Assembly: GCA_951406725.2 (NCBI GenBank)
Contig: OX597816.1
Location: forward strand, 38,502,001 to 38,566,000
Source: Octopus vulgaris
Lineage: Eukaryota
Reading direction: 5' to 3'
Length of the DNA: 64,000 bases
How positions within the stretch are numbered: the first letter of the stretch is position 1; each line of letters starts with the position of its first letter. Below are positions 1-12,714 of this stretch, in pieces. The position numbers and the translations under genes are program-made. The notes beneath the pieces were generated by a model. The model did not search any database. It saw only the letters and a program-made list of their open reading frames with translations, and was not told the DNA's origin.

Positions 1-1019
1 TACACAAACACTAGGCAGATAGATAACAGCCTGCTACTGTCTTGGAATAATGATCCAAATGATTATTTAAACCAGGAATATAACAATGTAAGTGTACAAA
101 ATAACAAAAACCTGTTAAAGGTGATAAAATTTAACAATGTTAACACACACAAAAAGATGGGGACAATGTGAAAGAAATCACCAAAACAAAAATAAAAAAA
201 ATTCATTGAAAGTCATTGGATAGTCTCACATACAGAATATCTGTAGAAAAAAATACAAGAAACTTAAAGATAATAGGTGAAACAGAACAAGCTTACAACT
301 TCATCTTGATTTCATAGCGAAAGTCAATTCATATGTAATAAACATCATCTGTTAAAACAGTATAGTCAATTTTTTTAAAGAATGCACTACAGTATGATGG
401 CTTAAAAAGGCTTTGATACTGTTTCTTAAATAATATGACAGACAAACATGTTTTATAGTAAAGATATACGAGAATAATAGTAGTAGCTATACACACTTAT
501 AGACATTTCACATAGATGTAGAGCAACACATTGAAGAATAAATGCTAACATGTTTACAAAAACAGTAGGTTTTGTGTTTGAATGTTAGAGTTGAAGGTAG
601 ATATTATTATTATTATTATTTTTCTTTCATTCTTTCTTTTGAAAAAAAAAAAAGAACAAAATAGGACGTATGTTTCCATGGACACTTTCTTTCAAGCAAG
701 ACTACTCTTTTTAAAGATAATACTTGAAATAATTAACAAATAGTTGATATAGAGAGAAAATATTTAAAAAAAAAAAATTACCAATTCAGGATTGTTTCTT
801 AATTCTGTAAAAACAAAAATTTAAAAGAGAGAGAGCGAGAATATTTTTCGTTTCAAAATGTTATATGGACGAAATTACACAAAAAAAGCAAACATTGATT
901 CTGGACTGAATTCTGCTTACCAATAATAGGATGGGAGTGGATCTACAGACTTATTAAATAAAATAATATATCAACACTTTCCCAATCATTATTGTTCAAT
1001 TAATTATAAAAGATACCTA

Positions 1020-1028
1020 AACATATGC

Positions 1029-1063
<35 letters not shown>

Positions 1064-1135
1064 GATTTGTACATATGCATGTGTGTAAGTATGTATATAT
1101 ATGTTCATAAACACATACATATGTAAAAAAAAAAC

Positions 1136-1190
<55 letters not shown>

Positions 1191-1270
1191 GATTTGTACA
1201 TATGCATGTGTGTAAGTATGTATATATATGTTCATAAACACATACATATGTAAAAGAAAACATATATACA

Positions 1271-1311
<41 letters not shown>

Positions 1312-1500
1312 ACACACAGATTTGTACATATGCATGTGTGTAAGTATGTATATATGTTCATAAACACATACATATGTAAAAAAAAAAACATATACACATC
1401 TATATATATATATATATATATACACACACATACACAAATATTTATATATTGTGTATAACATATATATATATGCATATATACACACACACGTGAACATTTA
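1020..1500. repeat. ~128-bp tandem repeat, 3 copies plus a partial, built on (AT)n/(AC)n
   Basis: The core gatttgtacatatgcatgtgtgtaagtatg...gttcataaacacatacatatgtaaaa recurs at 1064, 1191 and 1319. Confidence 0.9.
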
Positions 1501-2567
1501 CATACACATATAGACATACTAAATTGTGTCAATATCTGAAGTTGAGATAACAGCATAAGACACAATAGGAGGCAGCAAAACTGTACTGTGTCTTTACACA
1601 AATCTATAATTTAGAAAGCTTGCCTCTCACAACCTTCCCAAAATACAATTATTTCATCGCCTTAAATATCAAACTATATATCATATATAGTATGTGCTCA
1701 GTATGATTTGGTTTCTTCAATTATTTACACATCTCCAGAACAATAAAACATTCTCAGATTCAACCTCAGATTTCAGTATATAAAAAGGGAGATTTTGATG
1801 TGTGTGTGTGTGTGTGTATGCAGTTTATTAAGGGTGGTCCAATGGCCTGTTACTCAAGAGTTTCCACAGCACACAGCCAGCTCTTCAGGCAAGTTTTGGA
1901 GTTGTCTGAAGAAGCAGTTACATGCCACAGAAGTTCCTGAGTAACAAACTGAACTAGCTTTAATAAACCACTGCACAGTACATTTGCATTGGGTATGAGC
2001 ACTATTTCATACAATTAATTAGTGTGTGTGTGTGTGTGTTGTTGTTGTTTTCAGTAATGTATGTAAAATAGATGTTAGAAATTCTTTTGGCAATAATTAT
2101 GAAAATAATAAAGACAATGATTTTCTATTTTGTTCTTAATTAAACAAAAAAAAAAAAAAATTATATGGCTTCATTAACAAGGAATGGGAAGTTGTGATAT
2201 TCATGTGTTTCTGAAATGATAATATCATTTACCTAAACAAAGAATTAGACAGTTTTATTGCAGACTCTGACTGCAGAGAATTTATTGCCAAAAACACACC
2301 CACTGCAATAATACTTTTATATATATTTCTATCCTTGGCATAGATTTTTAGGAATAAAATGAAAGAGGATTGGGCAGATATCTATTCAAAATCATCTTCA
2401 GTGAACTACTGGTACTTGCATAATGTATTTTCATCAAATCCAAAGGTAAAAAATACATAGATAATTTTAGCAGGTGTTGAATAGCAAGAGGGATGGAACT
2501 AAATACAGTAGATCATTTAGTCTAGTACTCTACACTTTTGGGTATTCCCTTGTCCTTAAATAATAAA

Positions 2568-2780
2568 AATCCTTTCTACTATAGGCACAAGACCTGAAAT
2601 ACGGAGAGAGAAGGCTAGTCGATTACACTGACCCCACTGTTCATCTGGTACTTATTTTGTTGACCTCGAAAGGATGAAAGGCAAAGTCAACCTTGGCAGA
2701 ATATGAAATCAGAATGTAGAGCCAGAAGAAACGCTGCTAAGCATTTTGTCCAGTATGCTAACAATTCTGCCAGCTCACCA
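2568..2780 (-). mobile_element. tRNA-derived SINE, family B
   Basis: aatcctttctactataggcacaag...gaaaggatgaaaggcaaagtc...attctgccagctc. The same element recurs at 13677, 13950, 44360 and 58456, and other copies show a B-box-like GAGTTCAAAT on the minus strand. Confidence 0.8.
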
Positions 2781-3634
2781 TCTATAGCTGTTTTAAACAG
2801 GTATGAAATATGATAAATATAACACAGACTTTAAATGATAAATTACTAGCATTTCATATCTTGGAGACATTAACAACGACATTGTGATTAAACAAGTGAT
2901 TTTCCAGCCGATAATTGAAAATGGGTACGATACAGGTTTGCCAATGCCAGAAAAATAGTTAATATTTACTTGGCAACATAATGAAAGAATTGAGGAGGAT
3001 CTGACTATGACAACTAATTGTTGTAGAGAGGGTGAGAGAGAAGGAGATTTAATGATGTGTGTGTGTGTGTGTGTGTGATGCCACAGTGGATCTGGATTAA
3101 GTGAAGACATGGTTACAGATGAACAGGAGAGAAAGAGAGAGGAGAAGGGATGGCATGAGATATACACGCAAAAATGTAAAAGAAAAAAATGGGAGATAAT
3201 ATGCTTTGAATGTCAGGTGCATACAGCAATATATACAGCATTACTAGGTGTTTTGTGACAAAGATTCTTTCAACTTGCATTATTAAGCAAAGATAATGCT
3301 TGGTCTCAAACACACACATACATGTATACAAACCGGCAAACACACACACCTCCATATCTTTTAAAGTGCAATAAAGTTCCTTTATGAGCCATTGGTTGTC
3401 ACTACCAGAACACCTGCCTGGAGAAAAGTGAGAGACACCACTATGGTACCTACTGAAATGTCTTAAAAACATGAGCCAATAAGGGGCCTATATGTAGTTG
3501 CTTACTAGACTTACTAGAAATAGCAGCTGAATCTCTCTCAGAACACAAAGGACAATAAAAGATACAATGGTTACTGCTGGAATGCCCTTGATCCGAGGCC
3601 TGTTTTATCAAGACTGTCCTTAGGACTAAATAAC

Positions 3635-3637
<3 letters not shown>

Positions 3638-3695
<58 letters not shown>
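3638..3695. repeat. (GA)n microsatellite
   Basis: Uninterrupted GA run. Confidence 0.97.
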
Positions 3696-3701
<6 letters not shown>

Positions 3702-4263
3702 ATGACGTGAGAAACAGAGTGAGGCAGAAGCAGGACGGTATCTGCCAACTAAAAATGACAAAAATTCAGTTCATCTTGGCCTAAAGGAAAGCCAATATAC
3801 CCAATGTAACACTTTTATGATGGTAAGAAAAAATATGAGAAGTCCATATAAGTGCAACTGTAGGCCCCTTAAGTTGTGGAAAAGAAATAAATTGTTAATT
3901 TGTGATCTGAATGAGAAAATCTCACTTAATCATCTGAAACTCAGTACCTCCAAGTACTGATGAGGAATATGGAGTAAATCAAGCCATAACAGTGTAATAT
4001 CACAGCTACATTGGTCTGAAAAGCTTCAGTACAATATAATTGCTATGCCACACATCAATATACCATGAATACACATGATGTAAGCCCGAATAAATGTAAA
4101 TATGATCATGTAGATGTTATGTATAAGAGAGAAAGACCATGCATATTTTCAACATTTGCAGCACAATGCCACAAAAGTTTGGATAAGAGGAAAAGCATGA
4201 TCAATTGTTTCTCCAGTACTTGACTAGTACTTATTTTCTTTGTAATAGTTCCCCAACACATAC

Positions 4264-4265
<2 letters not shown>

Positions 4266-4321
<56 letters not shown>
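4266..4321. repeat. (GT)n microsatellite
   Basis: Uninterrupted GT run. Confidence 0.97.
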
Positions 4322-4323
<2 letters not shown>

Positions 4324-4411
4324 ATGTTTCTATGCATATGTGTGTGTCTGTGTGTGTTGATGACATAAACAAAAATTAAAGTAGTCAGTATTAATCAGAA
4401 TACATAGTGTA

Positions 4412-4682
4412 AAGAAAAAGACACAATTTAACTAGTCATGGTGTACTGCCAGTTTCACAGTATCATATAATAGTTGTTTGCCAGCACAGTCAGCTTCTAT
4501 TTACAACCAAAAACAAGGTTGGTAACTTCAAAGGTTGCACTCAAATTAAAATTACATCTCCTGAACTTATCAACCTCATTTTTGCTTGTAAATAAAATAT
4601 AGTAATGCTGACAAACAACTATTATATGATGCTGTGAAACTGGCTGTATACCAAAAGTGATTAAATTATATATGTCTTTTCT

Positions 4683-4683
<1 letters not shown>
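4412..4683. repeat. Long imperfect palindrome (foldback element), ~125-bp arms
   Basis: tggtgtactgccagtttcacagtatcatataatagttgtttgccagca pairs with tgctgacaaacaactattatatgatgctgtgaaactggctgtatacca, and the inner arms also pair. Confidence 0.88.
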
Positions 4684-4719
<36 letters not shown>

Positions 4720-5096
4720 AAAATGAACTTTTACTTATATGATATTATTTAAAAGAGTTAATAGACAGGACAAACTCCAGCATATGTAAAGCTGATAAAC
4801 TATTCTAATCAATATAAAATGGTAATAAAAACAAAATATAGTTTTCTCTTCTTTTTATTAAAAAAATTGAAAATAGTATTAGAAAGAATTAATCACATAA
4901 ATACTTAGCAAAATGAACCTACATGTTTAGGGGTGGGGACTTTCTAAGATAATGGAAACATTTATTAAAATTTTTAAAAAAAGCATTTAATATTTCAAAT
5001 TTTTTTTTACTCTTTTGCACTCCAGATAAATTCTCTGAATAATTTTAATGATTATAAATTTATATATTTTTTTGGTTTTTTTAAACTCTTCTGATA

Positions 5097-5308
5097 TTAA
5101 CCCATCTGAGACCGCCCCTGGTTTTATGGTACAAACTTCTGGTTTCAAAATAATCTAAATTAAAACTATCCAGCAAAGTTTCATGTTAACTTATGTATTA
5201 AACAGCAGCTTAATGCCAAAGCTATTTTACTAAATTCTTCCTTATTTTCAAAATAAATTGAAATATAGGCAGTGTATTTCAACAGATATATGGTAACAAA
5301 AGCATTAA
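5097..5308. mobile_element. Degenerate piggyBac-type MITE (same family as 27375-27598 and, inverted, 42947-43177)
   Basis: TTAA-CCC...ggtaacaaaagca-TTAA ends; internal similarity to the other copies. Confidence 0.6.
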
Positions 5309-8300
5309 ATGAAAGTGAAACAAACCCATCCTACACCAAAAAATTAATACTTTCAAATTAAATTGACTAATTACCACAAAAGAAAACTGAGAGTGAAGAG
5401 AAGACTTTTTTTAAAAACTTTTTTTTCAATTCTTTCTATTAAATTTTAATTAAACATTTTTTTAAATTAAAACAACAAGCACCTGGCCAATCATTTCAAG
5501 TAGAGCACAGAAAGTGAATATATGACAGAGTGTTGATGCAAAGGAAATTCAAAGAGACACGTAAGCATGCTATCATGGACTAACTGGTATATATATCATC
5601 CCTGAGAGTGAACAACTGCACCCAACAACAACAACAACAGGAAGTATACTGCTAAAATATTTACTTGTAAATAGTCAATATTTCTCATATTTAGAGTTAA
5701 ACACGACAAAATATGGGCAAAAATGAGTGTGGGTGGAATCAGAGAAATGAAAGAACAAATGTAAACCAGTTTCTGTTAACATAAACACTCTTTCAGTCTC
5801 TCACTCTCTCTCTCTCTCTCTTTACTCACACATACACTGAATGTGATATGTATATATATGCATGTACACATATACAGATGTATGTATGCATGTACATACA
5901 CATACACACACGCACACAAACAAACATACACATTTATTTTTTTTACTTGTTTCAGTCATCAGACTGTGGCCATGCTGGGGCACTACCTTGTGAAGAATAC
6001 AGGTTGTACATGCACGGTATTAAACATTAGATTCAAAGCCAGCAGAAAAATCAAAAGTAGATTTCTACAATTTGCTACAGATTAATCAGGTGTGTGTGTG
6101 TGTGTATATATATATATGTGTGTGTGTTTGTGTCCACACATATTTAAATGTACTTGTTATAAGCATGTATGTTTTAATAATTATCATTTGTGCATTTCTT
6201 TTAACCATTATCATTTGTAGTAGTAGTAGTAGTAGTCCAAGTTTGTCCACCCTCTCACCCTCAACAAACATCATTACCTGAAAACTATTCAGCAATGAAT
6301 TCATCTCTCTACGACCAAAGTCAACCTGTTTAGTTTTGAATTTTATGTTTTGTTTTATGTATATTTGTTTTTTTTAAATTTTGTTTTACCCGTTTTTAAT
6401 ACCTTTGCTCCAACAACATTTTTAACTCTAGCATTAGAGAGTTGAACAAAACAACCAGTCGACTATTTTTGTGCATTTTGTTGATTTTGTTGTTGTTGTT
6501 TGTCATTTGTTTCCAAAAGCAAAGAGAAAACAAAGCAAAGCATTGCTTGTTTCTTGGTTGTTGGCATATTTTCATTCATACAGCCATAAATATATGGATA
6601 TGTGTGTAGCATTTATTCGTGAAGGAAATACAAACACTTTAAACAAAAAATAAAAAAAAAACATGACTAATGATGAGATTTCTTTTGGTAAGGTGTGGTT
6701 ACAATCAAATGACTCAGCCCTCATTTTATAACTGGTATTTGATTTATCTCTGTTTCTCTGGGAGAATAAAAGAAGTTTGATGTAGAATTTTATCAACTTC
6801 CTAATCTTAGTGAAGTTTTGAGTTAATAACATATTGACATACCATTTATTTTTGAAGGAATAGTTATAAATTTTGTATGAAAAGAAAAACCACAAAATGA
6901 TGTTTAGAAGCTAGGGGGGGGAGAGGGAAATTCAATTATTCATACATCAATAGTAAAACATTATTTTCCCCCACCTCCACATTTTTTAAACTTAATTGTG
7001 CACTAAGAAAGAACGTTCAGAGAATGTCAAATAATATAGGAATAAGATTAATGTCATTTAAAATGTAAATGCTTAAAAATAAATTCGGTAATCATCAGGT
7101 AAAATCTTGTTTAAAGCAAAACTAGAGATAATGAAACAGCAACAATGAAGATTAATGAGAAAAGGTGAAATAAAAATTGAATGCAAGAAAATAACAGTAA
7201 GAATTTAAAGTTAGCTTCAATAGGTATGTAATAGCAAAAACTGAGGGTTTACTATCAATGTTATAGTAGTTTACTGTAGCTGACTTAATAAATTATCTGG
7301 CTTCAGTGTTGAGCCAAGTATTTCTGATGATAATATTTCTTTATGAATTACATATAATTTCCCCATCCAACATGGCTTGAATAGGTCTACAAATCCAAAG
7401 GTTTACAAGAATTTTAAAAGCAAGATGAATGCCCTTAACAGAAGTTAAAATTTGCAAGGTATAACTTGGAAGACTTAAGCCAACCATTTCTAAAAACTTA
7501 ATGCAAAATATATGATAAAAATTGAACCCAGCCTGAACACTTACATACAGTGATAACCAAGATGACTCTTGTTTCAAACATAGAACAATAACATGTTACT
7601 TTAGCAAGTGTAGATCAACTCAAGACATTATGAACCAAATATTCACTAGAAGAATACTGACAGAAAACTGAATTTATCATGTTTGCTGTTACAATTATTA
7701 TTATTAATTATTATTATTATCATTATTATTAATAGTATGATAACAGCAATTGTTGCTGTTTTCAATAAAATGTAAGATTTATGTTTTATCTCTAAACTTT
7801 AAAATTTAATAAACATTTGCCCAAAGGTTAAAAATCAACATTTCATTTTAAACTATAAACAAAATTCTCAAAGGTCACAACAAAACTCTGTGCGAGTCAT
7901 AAACAATATTTTTCTTCCATAAACAAAACACAGCTTGGCTGTTAAATAAAATATCAAATAGTAACAAAAGTTGGATTGAAATACAGCTTTCCTTTTGGTC
8001 TAACTCAAATATCAACCATTAGAGAAGTACTTCATACTCCAAGCATAGAATAAAGCCAATAAGCTTGTTAAGCTACGGCTTTAAATTTCATCACAATATT
8101 TTCTCAATCTGAACAGACTGACTCTCATCTAGGTCCTAATATCTCTAGAAACTCCAAAGATGTTCTCATCTCAAACCTATCTGGATCATCACAACACACA
8201 TAGTTATCTCCTTCCTGTTACCACTATTGTATGACTTTAAAAAACAGCAATAAACTAGTCTGGAACCCATTTGGTAACATATCCCCCATTATCACAATCT

Positions 8301-8603
8301 CCCAAAAGCCTGAAATACTTTTGATTACATGAAGCTAACTTTTCTAGTTATTTATTGTCTTCTCTAGGAAGGACTCAACAAGGCAATAATGGACCTGACT
8401 CTACATCTAAGCAATGATGGAACAGGCTCTCTAACAGTGGAATGGACCAACACATAACAGCATGTAATGAAATACAGAAACTGCATATGAAATGATGCGT
8501 GTGCATCAACACAAATTATGGCATGCAAAAATTAATGAATACATGAAGGGCAAAAATGAACAAACCTGCCAATGGAAACATTATAAACTGTGTGTGTGGG
8601 GGG

Positions 8604-8635
<32 letters not shown>

Positions 8636-8641
8636 AAAAGT

Positions 8642-8673
<32 letters not shown>

Positions 8674-11600
8674 AAGAGTGAGAGAGAGAGAAAGAGAGAA
8701 AAAGTGAGTGGGAAAGAGGTAGAAGAAAATTCTTTGAAATCGGATAAAAAAGAAAAACTTAAAAGGCTCCAGTGTCTTCTTTTTAAACAACTAAGTTTGA
8801 ATTTTCCGAAAAGAAAAATTAAAACTTTAATTCATTTCTAAATTTGTTTTCATATTTTCTTCCATAATAATTGGAAATATGAGATACTTGAAATTTTTTT
8901 TCTAGTTATTGTTCTTAAAAATCAATCTTTCTTTAAATGATAACAATTAAAATAAAGTTTTTTTTTTGTTTTTTTTTTGATAATTAAAACAAACAATGAA
9001 GTCATCAACCGATATATTAAGAAAAGAGGTTCGTTATTACTTTATGAAATTAAATATCCCACTTACAGCTTGGAAAATTGATTTTTAATATTGGTACACA
9101 CAGCCAAGAATAGTGGAGGGAGGATACAATAGAAGTTAATCCAAGTATATTACTGGTATTTATTTTATCGACACTGGTAAAAACAAAGCCAATCTCAGTG
9201 AGATTTGAACTGAGACTATAAAGAAACAGCACTAAATACCAGAAGCTTTTTAATCCATAACTCTATGGTTTGTCCACACCACTTCACTCTTACAGCCTTG
9301 AATATTGCAATGATTTCAGCATTGATTGAGTAAAAGAGACTAAGTATAGAATGCAAAAGGGTAGCTACAGAAAAAACATTTTATTTTACTACATACTACA
9401 AAATAATCTACCTGTTTTATCTTCAAATTAGCCAGATCTGGCCTCTCACACTTATTCTACAATATTATTCTGGAAACTAAAAATCACGTCATTGAAATCT
9501 CAAAGCTACAAGATAATGCATGACTAATTCATATCAGTGTAAATAAAAACACATTATATTTGACTGAGAAATCTGAATACTAAAGGATTAAAGACAAGAG
9601 ATAACACTTCATAGAATGTACTTAAAGCAAAACAGCTTAAATTAGATCCCTTTTCTCTCACTAAACAATACCATAAAAAATGGGAAGTATATAATTTTAA
9701 TCTAGACAAAAAATACAACTTGAAAACTCTGCCTTCATAGAATATATGTAAAGCAAATCAATTTAAATGAGATATCACCCACACTTTCCCTGTAGAACAA
9801 TATATAAAAGAAACGGGAGCTAATAAAGCAATTGTCAGTTACACAATGACCCTGAGGCTGGTAATGAAGTAAGTATTGCATATCGTGGTGTCCTGCATCA
9901 CATCATAGCAACTATTTATTGAAGAGTGCACTGGGCACTTTGAGAATTCAGTGTTTTGGTCATAGCTACAGCACTGCTGCAGGTAATGGCAATGGTGTAC
10001 AAACTGTTGACCTTTGAAAATTTACCAACCTCTGACCCGTTGCTTTTAATAATTATTAGACACATTCACTAACTTTTACAGAAACTGAAGGAAATAATAA
10101 GCAATTGCAAAGATAATTTTTTGTAGTGAAATAACTGAGAGAAAAAATATTTAAGTTTTAAAACTTGCTCTTAAAATTAAAAAAAAAAAAGGTAGATTTT
10201 TGAGCTGCTTTCCCTGTTACAGTAAGAAATTTCTAATTTTGTTTAGTTATTACGGAAGGACTTCATGATTTTTTATTATTGAATTCTATGACCTGTCGTA
10301 GCATTTCTATTTAGATTATAATAAATAAACTGGTTGGCTTAAAATATGTAGGGGAAGATACTGACACACTGAGTTCTTTGTTTTAATTTTTCTGGTTTTG
10401 TTCATTTAACTGGCCATACTAGTGCATTGCCTTTGCAATGAAAAGTAAGTTGATCAGAGCAGGATTTGATCTCAGGAATATAATTAAATACCACAAGGTA
10501 TTTTGACCAATGCATAATATTATCCACACGTGTATATCTATCTTGGGTTCAATCTTACTGCGTGGCACCTTGCACACGTTGGTCAGCTTGTGTTGTGAAT
10601 GTACCTGGTTACATGAAAACTGTGTGGAAACCTGTTCAATGTATTCTAACTGTACTTCAAAGGGCCAGCCCTATCTCATAGTATCACTTTGATTCTGCAT
10701 GAGCATCACACATGTAGAATGTGTCTGTGGAATACTCAGCTACTTACATCATAATTCAATAGATCTGTTCATTGAAAACAATAACCAGAATATTCAACAT
10801 TGGAATCAATGTAAGGTCCATTTATTATTACTATTATTATTATCATCATCATCATCATATTCAAGTAGGCAATTTAATTCAAGCTTCATGGTGTAATAAA
10901 GAATTATTTCATAATTTTATGAATATCAATCATGTTACTACTAAATTATATTAATAAATTAACTTTGAATTATCAGGATACAGGTTACCATAACGTAAAA
11001 AGGAATGAAAAACAAAATTAAGCATTTCGAAATATCCATACTTTGTCCAAACCTGTTTTATCTTAACTCAAACGCCATTTTACAATACACAGTTCACAGC
11101 TTTACCTTGTCTATTGGCAATAAGCCAGAGAGAAATAAAAATTATATATTATTATATCACATCAAGGTTTTACTGTTCCTCTATAAACACCATACAATAA
11201 AACAATTATTATATCACAAGCCAATGATGGAACGCTCCCATCCCAACGAGCAACCTGCCAGAATTAGCAGCCAATCTTTTTCTCAAATCATATCCTACAA
11301 TCTTGAAAATGGAAGGAAATGTCGGATAATGTGATCCAACACACACTATGTCACAAAAAAAACCAAAAAAAACCCAGAAAAGCTCATGTCTGGAATACCT
11401 TTGATTTGCTCAATCAGGGTCTACTCTGGACAAAACAACAACAACTATTATATCACACTCAAGTTTTGCTTTTACTTCTTGGCACTAAACAATAAAAACC
11501 CCATCCAAGGCCATCTTGGCAGCATCATAAGTCTACTGGCAAATCAATGAACTGGGCCCTATAGCATTTATTTATTTATAGACAGCACACATAGATCAGA

Positions 11601-11988
11601 ATTGGAATGAGGTCCCGAGACCCATGAGGTCACAGGACAACAGCCGAGTGTGTCCATGCCTTAAGATAGCCCTGAACCCATCACCTCACAGCCAAGTTTT
11701 TCAACTGCACCAGTGAGTGGCAGCAGATGAATGAATGAATAAATGAATGAATGAAAACAATCTTCAGTTTTAACAAGAACTTAACAAAACGGAAATGTTA
11801 AAGACAATGTTAGCAGTTTGGAACAACAGACTATAATGGTATAACTGTGACTGCAGAGGAGTGGAACATAGATGGTAGGGGTGGGGATAACAGCAAGAAA
11901 TCCATGAAAACATATCAAAATATTAAGATTATTACTTAAAACCAACCTTTACTGAAGTTATCAATTATAATATAAGAAGATTGGAGAT

Positions 11989-12439
11989 TTAACTCTTTAA
12001 TATCTAAATCAGTCAGACTAGCTTGAATATTTAACCCTTTAGTATTTAAACCGGCCATATCCGGCCAAAATATTTAATCTGTTTTATGTTCAAACTGACC
12101 AGATCCAGGCTCTCACACCTACCCTACAATGTTATTCTACATTAAGTAATTACACCATCAAGATCTTGAAGATATGAGATAATGCATGATTAATTCAAAT
12201 CAATGGGAATCAATAAGCATTATGTTTGATAGAATAATCAGAACACTAAAGGGTTAAGCTGTTTTATGTTCAAATATATCATATTTGACTTCTCACACCT
12301 ACTCTACAATATCATTCTAAAATTAAACAATCACATCATCGAAATCTCAGAACTACGAGATAATGCATGATTAATTCAAAGCAATGTGAATATATAAAAA
12401 CATTGCTTTTGACAGAGTTATCTGAATGCCAAATGGTTA
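11989..12439 (+). mobile_element. Old piggyBac-type MITE containing a nested younger copy (12031-12257)
   Basis: The inner copy reads TTAA-CCCTTTAG...CTAAAGGG-TTAA. Its flanks rejoin into a diverged copy of the same family (also at 18333-18561, 32408-32630, 55993-56220, partial 9400-9590). Confidence 0.85.
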
Positions 12440-12714
12440 CAGAGTAGAGAAAAGAAGAAAAGGATATAAAAGACAGAAGAGAAAGAATAGAAGTGAAATA
12501 TACATGAAAGCAAGAGTAAGGAGAGAAAGACAAGATAATAGATAAAAGATTATAAATAAGAGAAGGGAGAGAAATTAAAAGAAACAGAAGCACTCAGATA
12601 ATGATAAAATCTTCCAGTTTTGTGATTTGTTTTAATAAAGATAGTATTGAAAATAAGTTTAAAGTGGTGTAACAGAATAAATGGTCTTCTACAAATAATA
12701 TTAGAGATAATAAT

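Noticed and set aside
1004-1601. Overlapping ORFs rich in YI/CV/HT
   Set aside because: Translations of (AT)n/(AC)n microsatellites; the same applies to ORFs at 3450, 4106, 8492, 16565, 17107 and 22829.
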